Of a stretch of 64,000 nucleotides of DNA, positions 29,144 to 37,878 are shown piece by piece. The translations under genes were made by a program, and so were the position numbers. This DNA is from a virus: positions 1 to 64,000 of the IMG/VR virus record IMGVR_UViG_3300009703_000010. One strand, given 5' to 3'. Each line of letters starts with the position of its first letter. Position 1 is the stretch's first letter. The notes below the pieces were generated by a model, which worked only from the letters and a program-made list of their open reading frames with translations, ran no database searches and was not told the origin of the DNA.

Positions 29144-30705
29144 GCTCCGAACGTCCTCATAATTGGTAACTCTCCTTCTGAACCGATAGATTGTGCGAGA
29201 AATGCATAGAGCAGCGCATGGAATGCGTGATCATCATCGTCTCGGCCATAGCGAGTGCGTGGTGTGCTGGATAAGCCGCGAGTGGTTGATTCGTCGTGCT
29301 CGCGGGTGGAGTTCAGAGCACAACACTCATCTATCACCCATTGCAGTTCATCCGTTTTCCAAGGTATCCTGACTTCATGCCTCTCAAATCTATCCATCAT
29401 TTCCTCCATGTAGGTAGTCCGATCAACGGTGACCATGTGAATGAGATTGCGCTTCGAATCGCGCTTGCTGTATTCGAACGGGGTCTTTGGTCGTGACGCA
29501 TAGTAGCAAGACCGGACGCGGTCGCCGAACTCCTCTTGAAGTTCCTTGATCTGACGTGCTCCATATCCCAAATCGGCAATGACCTGAACACAATTGTAAC
29601 GCAATATCAATCGATTGATCACAGCAACTTCATCCTCACTGCGAGTGTCTATTTTCACTGCATTCAACATAGTCCCGTCATTGTCAATAATAACCACGGA
29701 GGTTTCAGAACCCCAATCGATTCCCATGAAAGTCTCGGTTGGTGGAGTAACATGCCCGACTCGTTCCAAATCTCGATCACAACATGCCATTACAGTATCC
29801 ATCGTCAAGGGCTTGAGCCCGCCTGCATAGAACTCCCCCAAACATTCGTTCACGAACTTCCGTGTGCCGTAGGACTCCTTCTTGAACGCGAGATCGGCTT
29901 CAGTGATATCAGGGTGCATTCGCTGATCCATATGAAATCCCATCACCGAACCATCGCAGTCAAAGTTCTTTCTCTCCCATTCTTGAGTCTCCTCATTCCA
30001 GTGATTCTGTGTTGACTTATTCCATAGTTTCCAAAACGGCGACCCTTCTTCACGCGCTGTCCCGGAGACGAGCACCCATTTCCATTCACTCTGAGTGACA
30101 ATTTCCTGTATCATCTCAAGCGAACCCATTGCCATGTCTTGATACTCATCAATGCACACGAAGTCGGCATCAAGCCCCAGCAACGAATGTGCATCGCCCC
30201 ATCCTGAGTAAGCGTAGAGGTGGTTAAACCGATCAAGCCCAACATCGAAAGTCATATGGGTCACTGAATCCTTTACCAAGAACTGACTCAGACATCCTTT
30301 ATCGATGCTTGAATGGATCGCACCCTTGAATCGCTCTTCGACAAATCTACTCACTGTCGGCTGGCGGGGTGCGGTGTAAACCGCTTTGAAGTAAGGCATG
30401 TTGATCATTGAGTAAAGTAACAGGTTCAGGATGGTCTCGGTCTTCTCCACCTTGCGGCTACACTTGAGAACAACAATGCGTGGCGCTTTGCTCTCGCCTC
30501 CTTCGGGGCTAAACAAACGATAGATGGCTCGGAGGTATGGACGTTCCTCTAATGAGAAGGGGAATCCATCGAGAGTGCGATAATACGAAGCCCACCGATC
30601 CGGGAACACCGCGATATCCCGAGCATCCTTTGCTGACAGTTGAGCCTGTCCGATGGCCATGGTATGTTGGACCCGAGAACAGGTGGACAAAGGTATTTGC
30701 TGCAT
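29140..30705 (-). CDS. terL: terminase large subunit
   Basis: It is 521 aa with a Walker-B-like FVCIDEYQD and a nuclease-domain pattern (IDWGSE...). It lies upstream of the portal; the start is uncertain (alternative MAIGQAQ). Confidence 0.85.
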   Translation of the reverse strand: MQQIPLSTCSRVQHTMAIGQAQLSAKDARDIAVFPDRWASYYRTLDGFPFSLEERPYLRAIYRLFSPEGGESKAPRIVVLKCSRKVEKTETILNLLLYSMINMPYFKAVYTAPRQPTVSRFVEERFKGAIHSSIDKGCLSQFLVKDSVTHMTFDVGLDRFNHLYAYSGWGDAHSLLGLDADFVCIDEYQDMAMGSLEMIQEIVTQSEWKWVLVSGTAREEGSPFWKLWNKSTQNHWNEETQEWERKNFDCDGSVMGFHMDQRMHPDITEADLAFKKESYGTRKFVNECLGEFYAGGLKPLTMDTVMACCDRDLERVGHVTPPTETFMGIDWGSETSVVIIDNDGTMLNAVKIDTRSEDEVAVINRLILRYNCVQVIADLGYGARQIKELQEEFGDRVRSCYYASRPKTPFEYSKRDSKRNLIHMVTVDRTTYMEEMMDRFERHEVRIPWKTDELQWVIDECCALNSTREHDESTTRGLSSTPRTRYGRDDDDHAFHALLYAFLAQSIGSEGELPIMRTFGA

Positions 30706-30707
30706 AC

Positions 30708-30793
30708 GGGCTATTTAGCGCCCCGTAGGCGCGAGAGAATGGGTCAGATGGGGATTTACCCCATCTCTGATAGAAACGGGCTTAGAATGCGGG
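30708..30793 (+). repeat. dispersed intergenic repeat, copy D (core TGATAG at 30768-30773)
   Basis: Hairpin GCGCC-CCGTA-GGCGC, then GAGAGAATGG, hairpin GATGGGG-ATTTA-CCCCATC, then TCTGATAGAAAC. It is collinear with copy A. Confidence 0.7.
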
Positions 30794-30943
30794 TATTTGT
30801 CAGAGGGTGCTGCTCCTTTGAAATAGGGTCGCCAAAAACGCCGCGAGAACCATTTACTCAGTGACAGGAAGTTGTGGCCGGATCCAGTGGTGCAGTAGAC
30901 CCAGCCGGAGAGAGAAAGTTACCCTGCACGGCATAGAGTAGTA

Positions 30944-31207
30944 TCATTCAATAGTGACAACGGTGAAGCACTTGATCAGTTCATCCATATTCTCGGCGTA
31001 TGTCCCGAACTCGTTGTGTTGTGCGGTGAGATGGTGAACAGCATGCAGGTCCAGCATGCATTCAAATCCCATCGCATCAATCTCCGTGAATGTGAAAAAG
31101 TCGCCCTTGCGCCATCGCAAATGACGGTGGTCAGGATGACGGGGTGAATTGCACTTGGCTCTGAGCCTTGATCCAATCGGGAGATGGGGGCGGGGGATCG
31201 AAGTCAT
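30944..31207 (-). CDS. hypothetical protein
   Basis: It is an 87-aa ORF whose start abuts the stop of the upstream gene at 31208. Confidence 0.45.
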   Translation of the reverse strand: MTSIPRPHLPIGSRLRAKCNSPRHPDHRHLRWRKGDFFTFTEIDAMGFECMLDLHAVHHLTAQHNEFGTYAENMDELIKCFTVVTIE

Positions 31208-32830
31208 TCAAACCGCCTCCGTCTTGCCGCATCCATCCATCTCCTTCTTGAGGTGGTTGTAGCGCCCCGTAGGGCTGCGATACACCTTGCCACAGGTGCA
31301 ATCCCATGTTCGCTCTCCATTGCCCGTAGGGGCTGTGATAACGCGCTTAACTTCGACCGCTTTGATTCCAGTGATATTCTCCATGCTGCGTGCAAGGAAC
31401 TCGGTGGTGTTGACTACAAATCGTGCATCACACTTCTCGTCGGTGGTGGTGAAGTAGGGACCATGACCATCGCAGCCATTGTTGCAAGCCCATGTATGAA
31501 TCTCTTCATCGCGGTTGGACTCACGCTCGTAGTCGATTGGGTGAAGGGCGAACTTGCCGCAACCCCCACAGGTGATTGTCTCGGTGCTGTGGATGAGTTC
31601 ATCCTGTCCGTCGCGGATGCTGCGAACTGCTTGCATTTTGGTCACCCGTAGGGCGAGGCGCTGTCGGTAGGTCTCTTGGCTCCAAGGCAAGTTGTAATGC
31701 TTTGCGCAAATCGGACCGTAGCCAACCGCTGTGGATCGGTGGTCGTGGAGACCAATGCGGCAAAAACAGCACGCTCCAGTGAGGAATCCATTCTCGACTG
31801 CGGCCGCCTCTGGATCTTCTGCGACCTTGCGGGTGAACAGAACAACCCAATCCGGGCAAAGACCATTGTAGGTGAAGTCGCCTGAGGTGATGTCGATGAT
31901 TCCAAATACATGCCCGCCCTTGCGATGGGTGTTCTTGACCTCGATGATATTCGGGGTGTGTGCATCGCAGCGGAAAGTGAGTTCTGAGACTCTATCAGAG
32001 TCATCAACGGTGTGCTCGACGGTGAAGGTAACTGCCGGGCGCTTCAGCCCGGATTCCAATGCTCCCTTCATCAGTTCAGCCACGCGCTCGAATCCACTCT
32101 CGGTGGTGATAGTCTCCATGAGTGCCTGTCGCTCTGCCGCCTTCGCTCGTGCGGCTGCGTTCGCAACCATGCGCTCGGGTATATTGAGGACAATCGCTCG
32201 CTGCCTTTCAGACATGCCTGCCGCAGACATGCTGCGGGTGCAACGGTTCTTCTGATCTCGAATGAATGACTTCTCCCATGCTGTAAGATCATCGCTCTCG
32301 AGGTCGGTCTCCCATAGTATTTTGAGTGCTTCATCGGACTCCCACCAATTCGAACCATCATCTGCGGGTGCGGCCTTCTCGACCTTCGCCATGATTTTGT
32401 CCACGATGCGCTGTTGTGCGGGTGATAGGGAACGACCACGGCGGATGATATCGCCCATGAATCCCTTCTCCCAATCATTCATCACACCTGATTGTTCAGC
32501 AGTCTCTTGCAAATCCTTGAGGACTTGCTTGGTTGCCTTCGCAGCACCTGCGGTGTTCTTCTTCTCTTCAATAGTAAGGTCTCCCTTCTGTCCCTTCTTC
32601 ACCTTCAGAAGAATGCGGTCTCTGAGTGATGCTTGCTTGAAGGTTAGGTTACCTCGTCCGCGTCGGATTATATCATCAACGAAGTTTTGCTCCCACTCGG
32701 ACAGTAGGTCGCGGTGTTCGGGGATTCCACCCCCGTATCCGATCACCTTTGCGCAAGTGCGCAGCGTCGGTGTCTCCTCTTTCCAGTCGGTATCAGTCTC
32801 AGTGCTCGGGTCAGTATCTCTCTCTGCCAT
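31208..32830 (-). CDS. multidomain zinc-binding protein with three WExxF...IIRRGR repeats, a DUF6011-like CxxC...GxGxxC block and a C-terminal C2H2-like finger
   Basis: Repeats WEQNFVDDIIRRGRG, WEKGFMGDIIRRGRS and WEKSFIRDQKNRC; CCFCRIGLHDHRSTAVGYGPICAKH; terminal CTCGKVYRSPTGRYNHLKK. Confidence 0.6.
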   Translation of the reverse strand: MAERDTDPSTETDTDWKEETPTLRTCAKVIGYGGGIPEHRDLLSEWEQNFVDDIIRRGRGNLTFKQASLRDRILLKVKKGQKGDLTIEEKKNTAGAAKATKQVLKDLQETAEQSGVMNDWEKGFMGDIIRRGRSLSPAQQRIVDKIMAKVEKAAPADDGSNWWESDEALKILWETDLESDDLTAWEKSFIRDQKNRCTRSMSAAGMSERQRAIVLNIPERMVANAAARAKAAERQALMETITTESGFERVAELMKGALESGLKRPAVTFTVEHTVDDSDRVSELTFRCDAHTPNIIEVKNTHRKGGHVFGIIDITSGDFTYNGLCPDWVVLFTRKVAEDPEAAAVENGFLTGACCFCRIGLHDHRSTAVGYGPICAKHYNLPWSQETYRQRLALRVTKMQAVRSIRDGQDELIHSTETITCGGCGKFALHPIDYERESNRDEEIHTWACNNGCDGHGPYFTTTDEKCDARFVVNTTEFLARSMENITGIKAVEVKRVITAPTGNGERTWDCTCGKVYRSPTGRYNHLKKEMDGCGKTEAV

Positions 32831-32852
32831 GTAATCCTCGACCCCTTGACAG

Positions 32853-32860
32853 ATAATAAA
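32853..32860 (-). promoter_or_regulatory. TATA-like box (minus strand TTTATTAT), 23 nt upstream of the ATG at 32830
   Basis: The minus strand reads TTTATTATCTGTCAAGGGGTCGAGGATTACATG, the same architecture as at 37860. Confidence 0.55.
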
Positions 32861-32987
32861 GGGTCTGCATCCATGCCCTCGAATAAAGCCGGTTCAGTGA
32901 CGGAAGTAGGTGGGGGGTGGTGGAGAATGAATGGGATGTCCATGACTGAGAGAAAGTCGTTGAACCACCACCGCCCCGTGAATATGA

Positions 32988-33377
32988 TTACTCCTCTTCT
33001 TCCGCTGATTGGTTATCAGAACCAAGCGATGCCTTGACCGCCAAAACCGCCAAACCGAGATTCGGGTCTTCTTCATCTGCAATATCCACTGCGACTTGCC
33101 AGCCACGTCCATATGTGCTGACATCGCGAATATCCACGACTTCAGGTAAGTGTGTTCCAGCATCGGTCTTGATCCAGAGTGACTGTCCACCCTTCGACCC
33201 AAAGATCGCGGCGCAATTGGAGGTATCTCCCTTCAATCGGATTGCAATGTATGATGCTTTCGTGATCGGCTCGAATCCCGAACCAAAGTTATGCAGGATC
33301 TCCTCTCGTATCGCTTGTTTCAGTTCTTTGCTCGTTCGCTTCTTCGGGGTCAGGGTCTCGTTGTCTGCCATGACCAA
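32988..33377 (-). CDS. hypothetical protein
   Basis: It is a 129-aa ORF, acidic at the C-terminus. Confidence 0.45.
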   Translation of the reverse strand: MVMADNETLTPKKRTSKELKQAIREEILHNFGSGFEPITKASYIAIRLKGDTSNCAAIFGSKGGQSLWIKTDAGTHLPEVVDIRDVSTYGRGWQVAVDIADEEDPNLGLAVLAVKASLGSDNQSAEEEE

Positions 33378-33942
33378 AACGAGTCCTCCCCACGTATTTC
33401 AAGGCAAAGGAAGAGTCATGACGCCCCCGTCCATACGCCATACAACACAATTTACACGCTGTCCCTTGAGGAAGCATCCTGTCAGTCTTGATCTCAATAC
33501 TGCATTCGGGGCATTTGTAGATATGAACAATTGTCCTATCCACCGCCAACCGCTCGGATTCATCTCGGAACACCCGGAGACAATCCCTGAAATCAAGCAA
33601 GTGTTCCCACCCCGATTCATATTCTTCAAATGTGGAATCATGACCGTGCTCGGGGATCAGGAGATGCACCATTTCATGGTTGATAATTCCCTCAAGGATG
33701 AATACCCAGCCCTCTTCGAAGGCGACAGGATTGATCGCTATCACCAATCCGTGCTTCGTTTTTTGTGCTTCACCATAGCATCGCCAGCGATCCAGCGGCA
33801 AGTATCGCCACTTGACCCATAATGGGTTCTCAGGTAAGTCGGCAAGGAAAGGATTCTGTCTGCGTAGGCCGCCGTATAACGTGCAGGCAAGTGCAAGGTG
33901 TTCTCTATTGAGGCTCATCCGGTGTTGGCTCATTCTCTTCAA
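33289..33942 (-). CDS. SprT-like zinc metalloprotease with a C-terminal zinc ribbon
   Basis: It has the HExxH motif INHEMVHLLIPEHGHD followed by CPECS...CKLC. Confidence 0.6.
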   Translation of the reverse strand: MKRMSQHRMSLNREHLALACTLYGGLRRQNPFLADLPENPLWVKWRYLPLDRWRCYGEAQKTKHGLVIAINPVAFEEGWVFILEGIINHEMVHLLIPEHGHDSTFEEYESGWEHLLDFRDCLRVFRDESERLAVDRTIVHIYKCPECSIEIKTDRMLPQGTACKLCCMAYGRGRHDSSFALKYVGRTRFGHGRQRDPDPEEANEQRTETSDTRGDPA

Positions 33943-34081
33943 CCTCCCATATTGTGATCATTTCGCTGTCTCGCCGGATAGCAAATGTTTTGTTCGGGTT
34001 AGTCATGAGAAGGGTGGCAATCTCAATGCCAAGTGTTCTCGGGGAAGTTAAGGCAGCAATGGTCTTCACTGGTTTGGGCAT
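33905..34081 (-). CDS. small hypothetical protein (58 aa)
   Basis: ORF 33905..34222 is trimmed to MPKPVKT, because the upstream part is replaced by the better-coupled ORF at 34125..34304. Confidence 0.35.
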   Translation of the reverse strand: MPKPVKTIAALTSPRTLGIEIATLLMTNPNKTFAIRRDSEMITIWEVEENEPTPDEPQ

Positions 34082-34124
34082 GATAATCGGTAGTGACCCC
34101 ACGTTGAAAGGGAGTCGGAGACTA

Positions 34125-34304
34125 TCAGGACTCGCTAACTTCGACGTGATTCCATCTGCGTGTCGATGTAACCTGCGCCCAAAGGGTGCCGTCGCTATTC
34201 TCGAATCTCGCTGTGATCTCAAGTGTATCCGGATTTTGTGAAGCGTAAACGAGAGGGAGAACGGTGCCTGATGGATGTTTGTATTCCATATATGGAGGTA
34301 TCAT
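34125..34304 (-). CDS. small hypothetical protein (59 aa, not in the ORF track)
   Basis: Hand translation gives MIPPYMEYKHPSGTVLPLVYASQNPDTLEITARFENSDGTLWAQVTSTRRWNHVEVSES. Its ATG overlaps the upstream stop (ATGA). Confidence 0.45.
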   Translation of the reverse strand: MIPPYMEYKHPSGTVLPLVYASQNPDTLEITARFENSDGTLWAQVTSTRRWNHVEVSES

Positions 34305-34438
34305 TCGTGAGCACCCCCACAGTCACGATGTTCTTCGCACAATCCGGATGGATCGTTGGTCATCACACCACAGGTGGTAATGATCATGCCAAAGGCTTGC
34401 ACAAATCGGCACTTCTGAGGTCCGAGTGGAGATGACAT
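34301..34438 (-). CDS. small Cys-rich protein (45 aa, not in the ORF track)
   Basis: Hand translation gives MSSPLGPQKCRFVQAFGMIITTCGVMTNDPSGLCEEHRDCGGAHE. Its ATG directly follows the stop of 34439..34723. Confidence 0.4.
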   Translation of the reverse strand: MSSPLGPQKCRFVQAFGMIITTCGVMTNDPSGLCEEHRDCGGAHE

Positions 34439-34723
34439 TCAGTCACCTCTCACGGGCTCAACGCCTGCGGTGCGCTTGCAGTAGCGGTAGCGTCCCTGTC
34501 GGGTCAAGAAGCGGCGGCCATCGGTGCAAATCCATACTGCACCCTGCTCAATGTTCGGATGCTCCTTGAACACGCGCCAAGTCGAGCGCACCCTATTCCG
34601 CTTCGGCAATGCCTTCACGGTCGGGTCGGTCTTCATTGCGGCGTGTGCCTTATCTGCGGGGAGATCCCCGAAGAGGCGGAACAACCGCTTCATCTCATTT
34701 TGGCTGGTTTCTTTTTCGGCCAT
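34439..34723 (-). CDS. hypothetical basic protein
   Basis: It is a 94-aa ORF. Confidence 0.45.
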   Translation of the reverse strand: MAEKETSQNEMKRLFRLFGDLPADKAHAAMKTDPTVKALPKRNRVRSTWRVFKEHPNIEQGAVWICTDGRRFLTRQGRYRYCKRTAGVEPVRGD

Positions 34724-34756
34724 GATTTACCGTGCGGCACCCTCTGACATATAGGG

Positions 34757-35125
34757 TCAAGGGATGCCCCCACTATTGTCACCACGTCCAAGAATTGCAC
34801 TGAGGTATTCTTGAACTGCACAGGAAGTATGCATCGAAAGAATGCGCTGGGTTACCGGATCAACGAAGGAGAGAAATAATTCAGTCTCAGGGAGAGGATT
34901 GGGTGGGCGGTCATGCGGATCTCCACAAATATGACAATCCTCAGCGGTGATATCATATGACCAACCACAACCCGAACACAACCAAAGCCCGAGACTGTGT
35001 TGGTATGAGGGTTTACACGGACAATCATGCCCTCGATGCTTCTGAGGGCACGGGTAACCATCGTCAATTGATCCCATGCTAAGGGCTTCATCCACGATAA
35101 TACATCGGCGGAGCCGGTAAATCAC
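34757..35125 (-). CDS. Cys/His-rich zinc-binding protein
   Basis: It is 122 aa with CPQKHRGHDCPC, CSGCG and CHICG clusters. The start is uncertain. Confidence 0.45.
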   Translation of the reverse strand: MIYRLRRCIIVDEALSMGSIDDGYPCPQKHRGHDCPCKPSYQHSLGLWLCSGCGWSYDITAEDCHICGDPHDRPPNPLPETELFLSFVDPVTQRILSMHTSCAVQEYLSAILGRGDNSGGIP

Positions 35126-35142
35126 ATGAGGGTCTTAATGCT

Positions 35143-35493
35143 TCAAACCAAAAGCATCTCAGGAATCGATTGGTCTTCCATCCTCTTGCGGCATTCGCGG
35201 CATCTACGGGCGAGTTCCTTGAGGTTCGCAGCAGAATCCACGGATCCAACGGGGCCTGCAATCGTCTTTATTTTCGGGAGGGGGGATTTGTGGTTGTATC
35301 CTCTCTCCAACATTTCAGCAACCAATTGTCTATGCCGATCTTCAATGAATTCGAGATTGACCAATCCATTATCGATATATCCCTGCATTGAGATTCCCTT
35401 GTTAATTGATCCAGCCAACATATGCATTTCAACATGCTCTCCGAGCAAGTGCTTTCGACACATTAGCATGGGGGGTATCATCCACATTCTCAT
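35143..35493 (-). CDS. pyrimidine-dimer DNA glycosylase-like (DenV/Pyr_excise family) protein
   Basis: The N-terminus MRMWMIPPMLMCRKHLLGEHVEMH and the block RHRQLVAEMLERGYNHKSPL resemble the family signature. Confidence 0.5.
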   Translation of the reverse strand: MRMWMIPPMLMCRKHLLGEHVEMHMLAGSINKGISMQGYIDNGLVNLEFIEDRHRQLVAEMLERGYNHKSPLPKIKTIAGPVGSVDSAANLKELARRCRECRKRMEDQSIPEMLLV

Positions 35494-35750
35494 TCTTTCA
35501 TCTCCTTCGATGGGCCATTTCGCCCACTCCTTTTTGGTCTTTTGGATTCAGGTCGAATCGACCATCGCCGACCGCATGTATCACAGTCGGTGAACATTTT
35601 CATTTGTCCTTGATCACCGCCAGCCGGTGCTTCGGCAACGAACTCAAGGTCGGTCTCATGTGCAAATCCCAAATGAGCCATACAACAAAGGTCGATGTTC
35701 GTCCACGTTTTTCTTTTGGGCATTTCAAACAACCTCCGGCGGATCCTCAT
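35490..35750 (-). CDS. hypothetical protein
   Basis: It is an 86-aa ORF with a 4-nt overlap with the downstream gene. Confidence 0.4.
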   Translation of the reverse strand: MRIRRRLFEMPKRKTWTNIDLCCMAHLGFAHETDLEFVAEAPAGGDQGQMKMFTDCDTCGRRWSIRPESKRPKRSGRNGPSKEMKE

Positions 35751-36150
35751 CGAAGCATGATAGGCACTCAGGCGCTTCTTCGCTTCCTGTGAGCATATTT
35801 TCAGAGATTATCTCATCGCATACATGGCACAAACCGCAGGTCTTCCGGTAGAGCAATGCTTTGGGGAGACCTGAAACATAACCATCCGACAAATCGTTCA
35901 TGAGCACCCGATGAATTGGTGCAGCCCGTCCGACCGATTCCACCAACCCATCATTTTCCATTACCCTCATTTCTTGCCTGACCCGATGTATATCGGGTGG
36001 AGATTTGCGGCGTGGTTTCAAAGTATCAAACCAACCCACCACTTCATGAGCGGTGAATAATTCGAGGGGGATGCTTACGATAGCGTTGCGAATGGCCTTT
36101 CTTAATCGAGGTCGACGGTTCCAAGTATTGCTGGTTGGTGACGGCATCAT
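35725..36150 (-). CDS. winged-helix-like DNA-binding protein with C-terminal Cys pairs
   Basis: It is 141 aa. ELFTAHEVVGWF...VMENDGLVESVG is a wHTH-like pattern, followed by CGLCHVC...CLSC. Confidence 0.45.
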   Translation of the reverse strand: MMPSPTSNTWNRRPRLRKAIRNAIVSIPLELFTAHEVVGWFDTLKPRRKSPPDIHRVRQEMRVMENDGLVESVGRAAPIHRVLMNDLSDGYVSGLPKALLYRKTCGLCHVCDEIISENMLTGSEEAPECLSCFDEDPPEVV

Positions 36151-36413
36151 GGATCAACTCCAAACGCAGCCGTGAAGCAGGAGGTGCAGAAGAACTGAAT
36201 GCCGGTAAGTTCGCCGGTGTCTGGATCAGCATCACAAACGACGTTGAGTGCTTCTTGATCATCGGTCTTGACAATGATTGCGTCGCCGCAGACGTGGCAC
36301 TTTCCAATATCGACTTCTGTAGGTGGTTCAACCATATATTCCATCTCCGTGATATTATTCGCTGATCTCTCCATCCAATTCAACCTGCGCTGATGCTCCC
36401 ACCTGATATTCAT
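36147..36413 (-). CDS. small zinc-ribbon protein (start probably internal, MEYMVEPP at 36344)
   Basis: It contains CHVCG...CTSC. The first 23 codons overlap the end of the upstream gene. Confidence 0.45.
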   Translation of the reverse strand: MNIRWEHQRRLNWMERSANNITEMEYMVEPPTEVDIGKCHVCGDAIIVKTDDQEALNVVCDADPDTGELTGIQFFCTSCFTAAFGVDP

Positions 36414-37293
36414 CCTTCGGTGATTCAGCCATCTGTCTGATCAAGGCCTTGCTGTCCACAATCAGGTCTTTGGTGAATGCAGCGATGTTGGTTCGGGCGG
36501 TTGGAGTGTGATCAAAGTAAGCAGGCTCTTCGCTGTCGAGATCCGGTCTCAAACACACAGTGAAGAATCCTTCGGGCCCGGCTCTCATCGCGACCTTGCC
36601 CGGTGCAACCGATTTCGGTTCAATCAATTCAATGTTTGAGAGGTAATCATGAGCAACAAACTGCTGCCAAGGTATCAGCGCCCATTGAGCAGGGACGATA
36701 TTGTGATGAGGACGGGCGAATTGTCCAAAGGTAGCATCGAGAACCCAAGACCACCCGCTTCTATCCCCTATACGGACTACAACATGACCATCATAACCAT
36801 CGCCCTCGACAACCTGTTCGTGATCAATGCCGATGAACTTCGGCTGGATCAAATTGAGTTCTCTGCGCCTGCGGGATTTCAAATTGGCTCTTTCCACCCA
36901 TTCATCCAAGAGTTCGGGATTCTTCATGAGTTGTTCAGCATCAGCGTTCCATGCATAGACATCACAAAGGATTGCTTCAGCCCGTAGCCCGTGCTCTCTG
37001 CAGGCACCTGCGATGGCCTCACTGACCATGTAGCAGCATTCGGCGACTTTACCCCCTGAGACTTGCGCTATGGCGAGATTGAACACCACCTCAGCGGCAT
37101 GGGGGATATCCCCATTGAATGAAATATAATTGTGAGGCTCTCCAGTAGCGGGTCTGAAGCGAACACCCGAGAGGTCAAGTTGATTCGGACTTAATGCTCG
37201 GGGCTTCTTCTTGCCCCTGCGTGGTTTTACAACCTTACGTTGAGGGTGCTTCCCACGTTTCCATGAATCAGACATTCTCGGCACCCTCCTCAA
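36355..37293 (-). CDS. putative transglutaminase/papain-like Cys-His-Asp fold protein
   Basis: It is 312 aa. CYMVSEAIAGAC, DGHVVVRIGD and VLDATFGQ appear in the order Cys, His, Asp. Confidence 0.4.
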   Translation of the reverse strand: MRRVPRMSDSWKRGKHPQRKVVKPRRGKKKPRALSPNQLDLSGVRFRPATGEPHNYISFNGDIPHAAEVVFNLAIAQVSGGKVAECCYMVSEAIAGACREHGLRAEAILCDVYAWNADAEQLMKNPELLDEWVERANLKSRRRRELNLIQPKFIGIDHEQVVEGDGYDGHVVVRIGDRSGWSWVLDATFGQFARPHHNIVPAQWALIPWQQFVAHDYLSNIELIEPKSVAPGKVAMRAGPEGFFTVCLRPDLDSEEPAYFDHTPTARTNIAAFTKDLIVDSKALIRQMAESPKDEYQVGASAQVELDGEISE

Positions 37294-37837
37294 TGTAGTA
37301 ATCGCCTCTCTTGTAAAGCCAAGGCCATGAAACGTGTCTGCGCTTCTGATGACTCAAAGCCCAATACGCAGCGATCTTCTCAGCAGCGATCTTCTCATAC
37401 GCGGCCCATACAATATCAGGCTCTTCACCCGTTGCCTGTGCAATCCAATCCGGATGGTCATATGGTCGGTGCTTGCGGGCTCTTGCGATAACCAATTGCA
37501 CCGAGTAGTAAGGTAGTTGAGACTTAGGACGACCGAGCCACATGAAGTCATCATTGATTTGAGACATATCCCACAGAATGTCGGGGGTTGGTAGTGAGTC
37601 CTTCGTATTTCTCTCGGTGCGAATCTCCCATTCACCACCATCTCTCTCGATGGCGATCTTATAGTTGGGGAAGTGCTCGTTGTGATAGTAGTATCCATCC
37701 TTCTTCCATCCGCCGTGCTTCAAAGCCTTGACTTTCTTTATCTCGATTCGGACGGACTCCATGAAACGCTGCGAGCGTTCAGGCTTGATCCCCCAAACAA
37801 AGTATCTCGGGTCAAACATCAAATCTGGTTTCGCCAT
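37268..37837 (-). CDS. hypothetical protein
   Basis: ORF 37268..37927 is trimmed to MAKPDLMF at 37837, because a TATA-like box lies inside the longer ORF at the same 23-nt spacing seen elsewhere. Confidence 0.5.
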   Translation of the reverse strand: MAKPDLMFDPRYFVWGIKPERSQRFMESVRIEIKKVKALKHGGWKKDGYYYHNEHFPNYKIAIERDGGEWEIRTERNTKDSLPTPDILWDMSQINDDFMWLGRPKSQLPYYSVQLVIARARKHRPYDHPDWIAQATGEEPDIVWAAYEKIAAEKIAAYWALSHQKRRHVSWPWLYKRGDYYIEEGAENV

Positions 37838-37859
37838 GATTGCTCCGACCCCTTGACAC

Positions 37860-37867
37860 TTAATAAA
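37860..37867 (-). promoter_or_regulatory. TATA-like box (minus strand TTTATTAA), 23 nt upstream of the ATG at 37837
   Basis: The minus strand reads TTTATTAAGTGTCAAGGGGTCGGAGCAATCATG. Confidence 0.55.
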
Positions 37868-37878
37868 CTCTCTGACAT

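Noticed and set aside
30640-30864. ORF 30640..30864 (+), and the 9-codon ORF in repeat copy A starting at the conserved GAGAGAATGG, considered as a conserved small gene within the intergenic repeat.
   Set aside because: The reading frames downstream of the shared ATG differ completely between copies (MDWGCKSPT-stop versus a 70-aa read-through). Conservation follows hairpin structure, not a protein frame.
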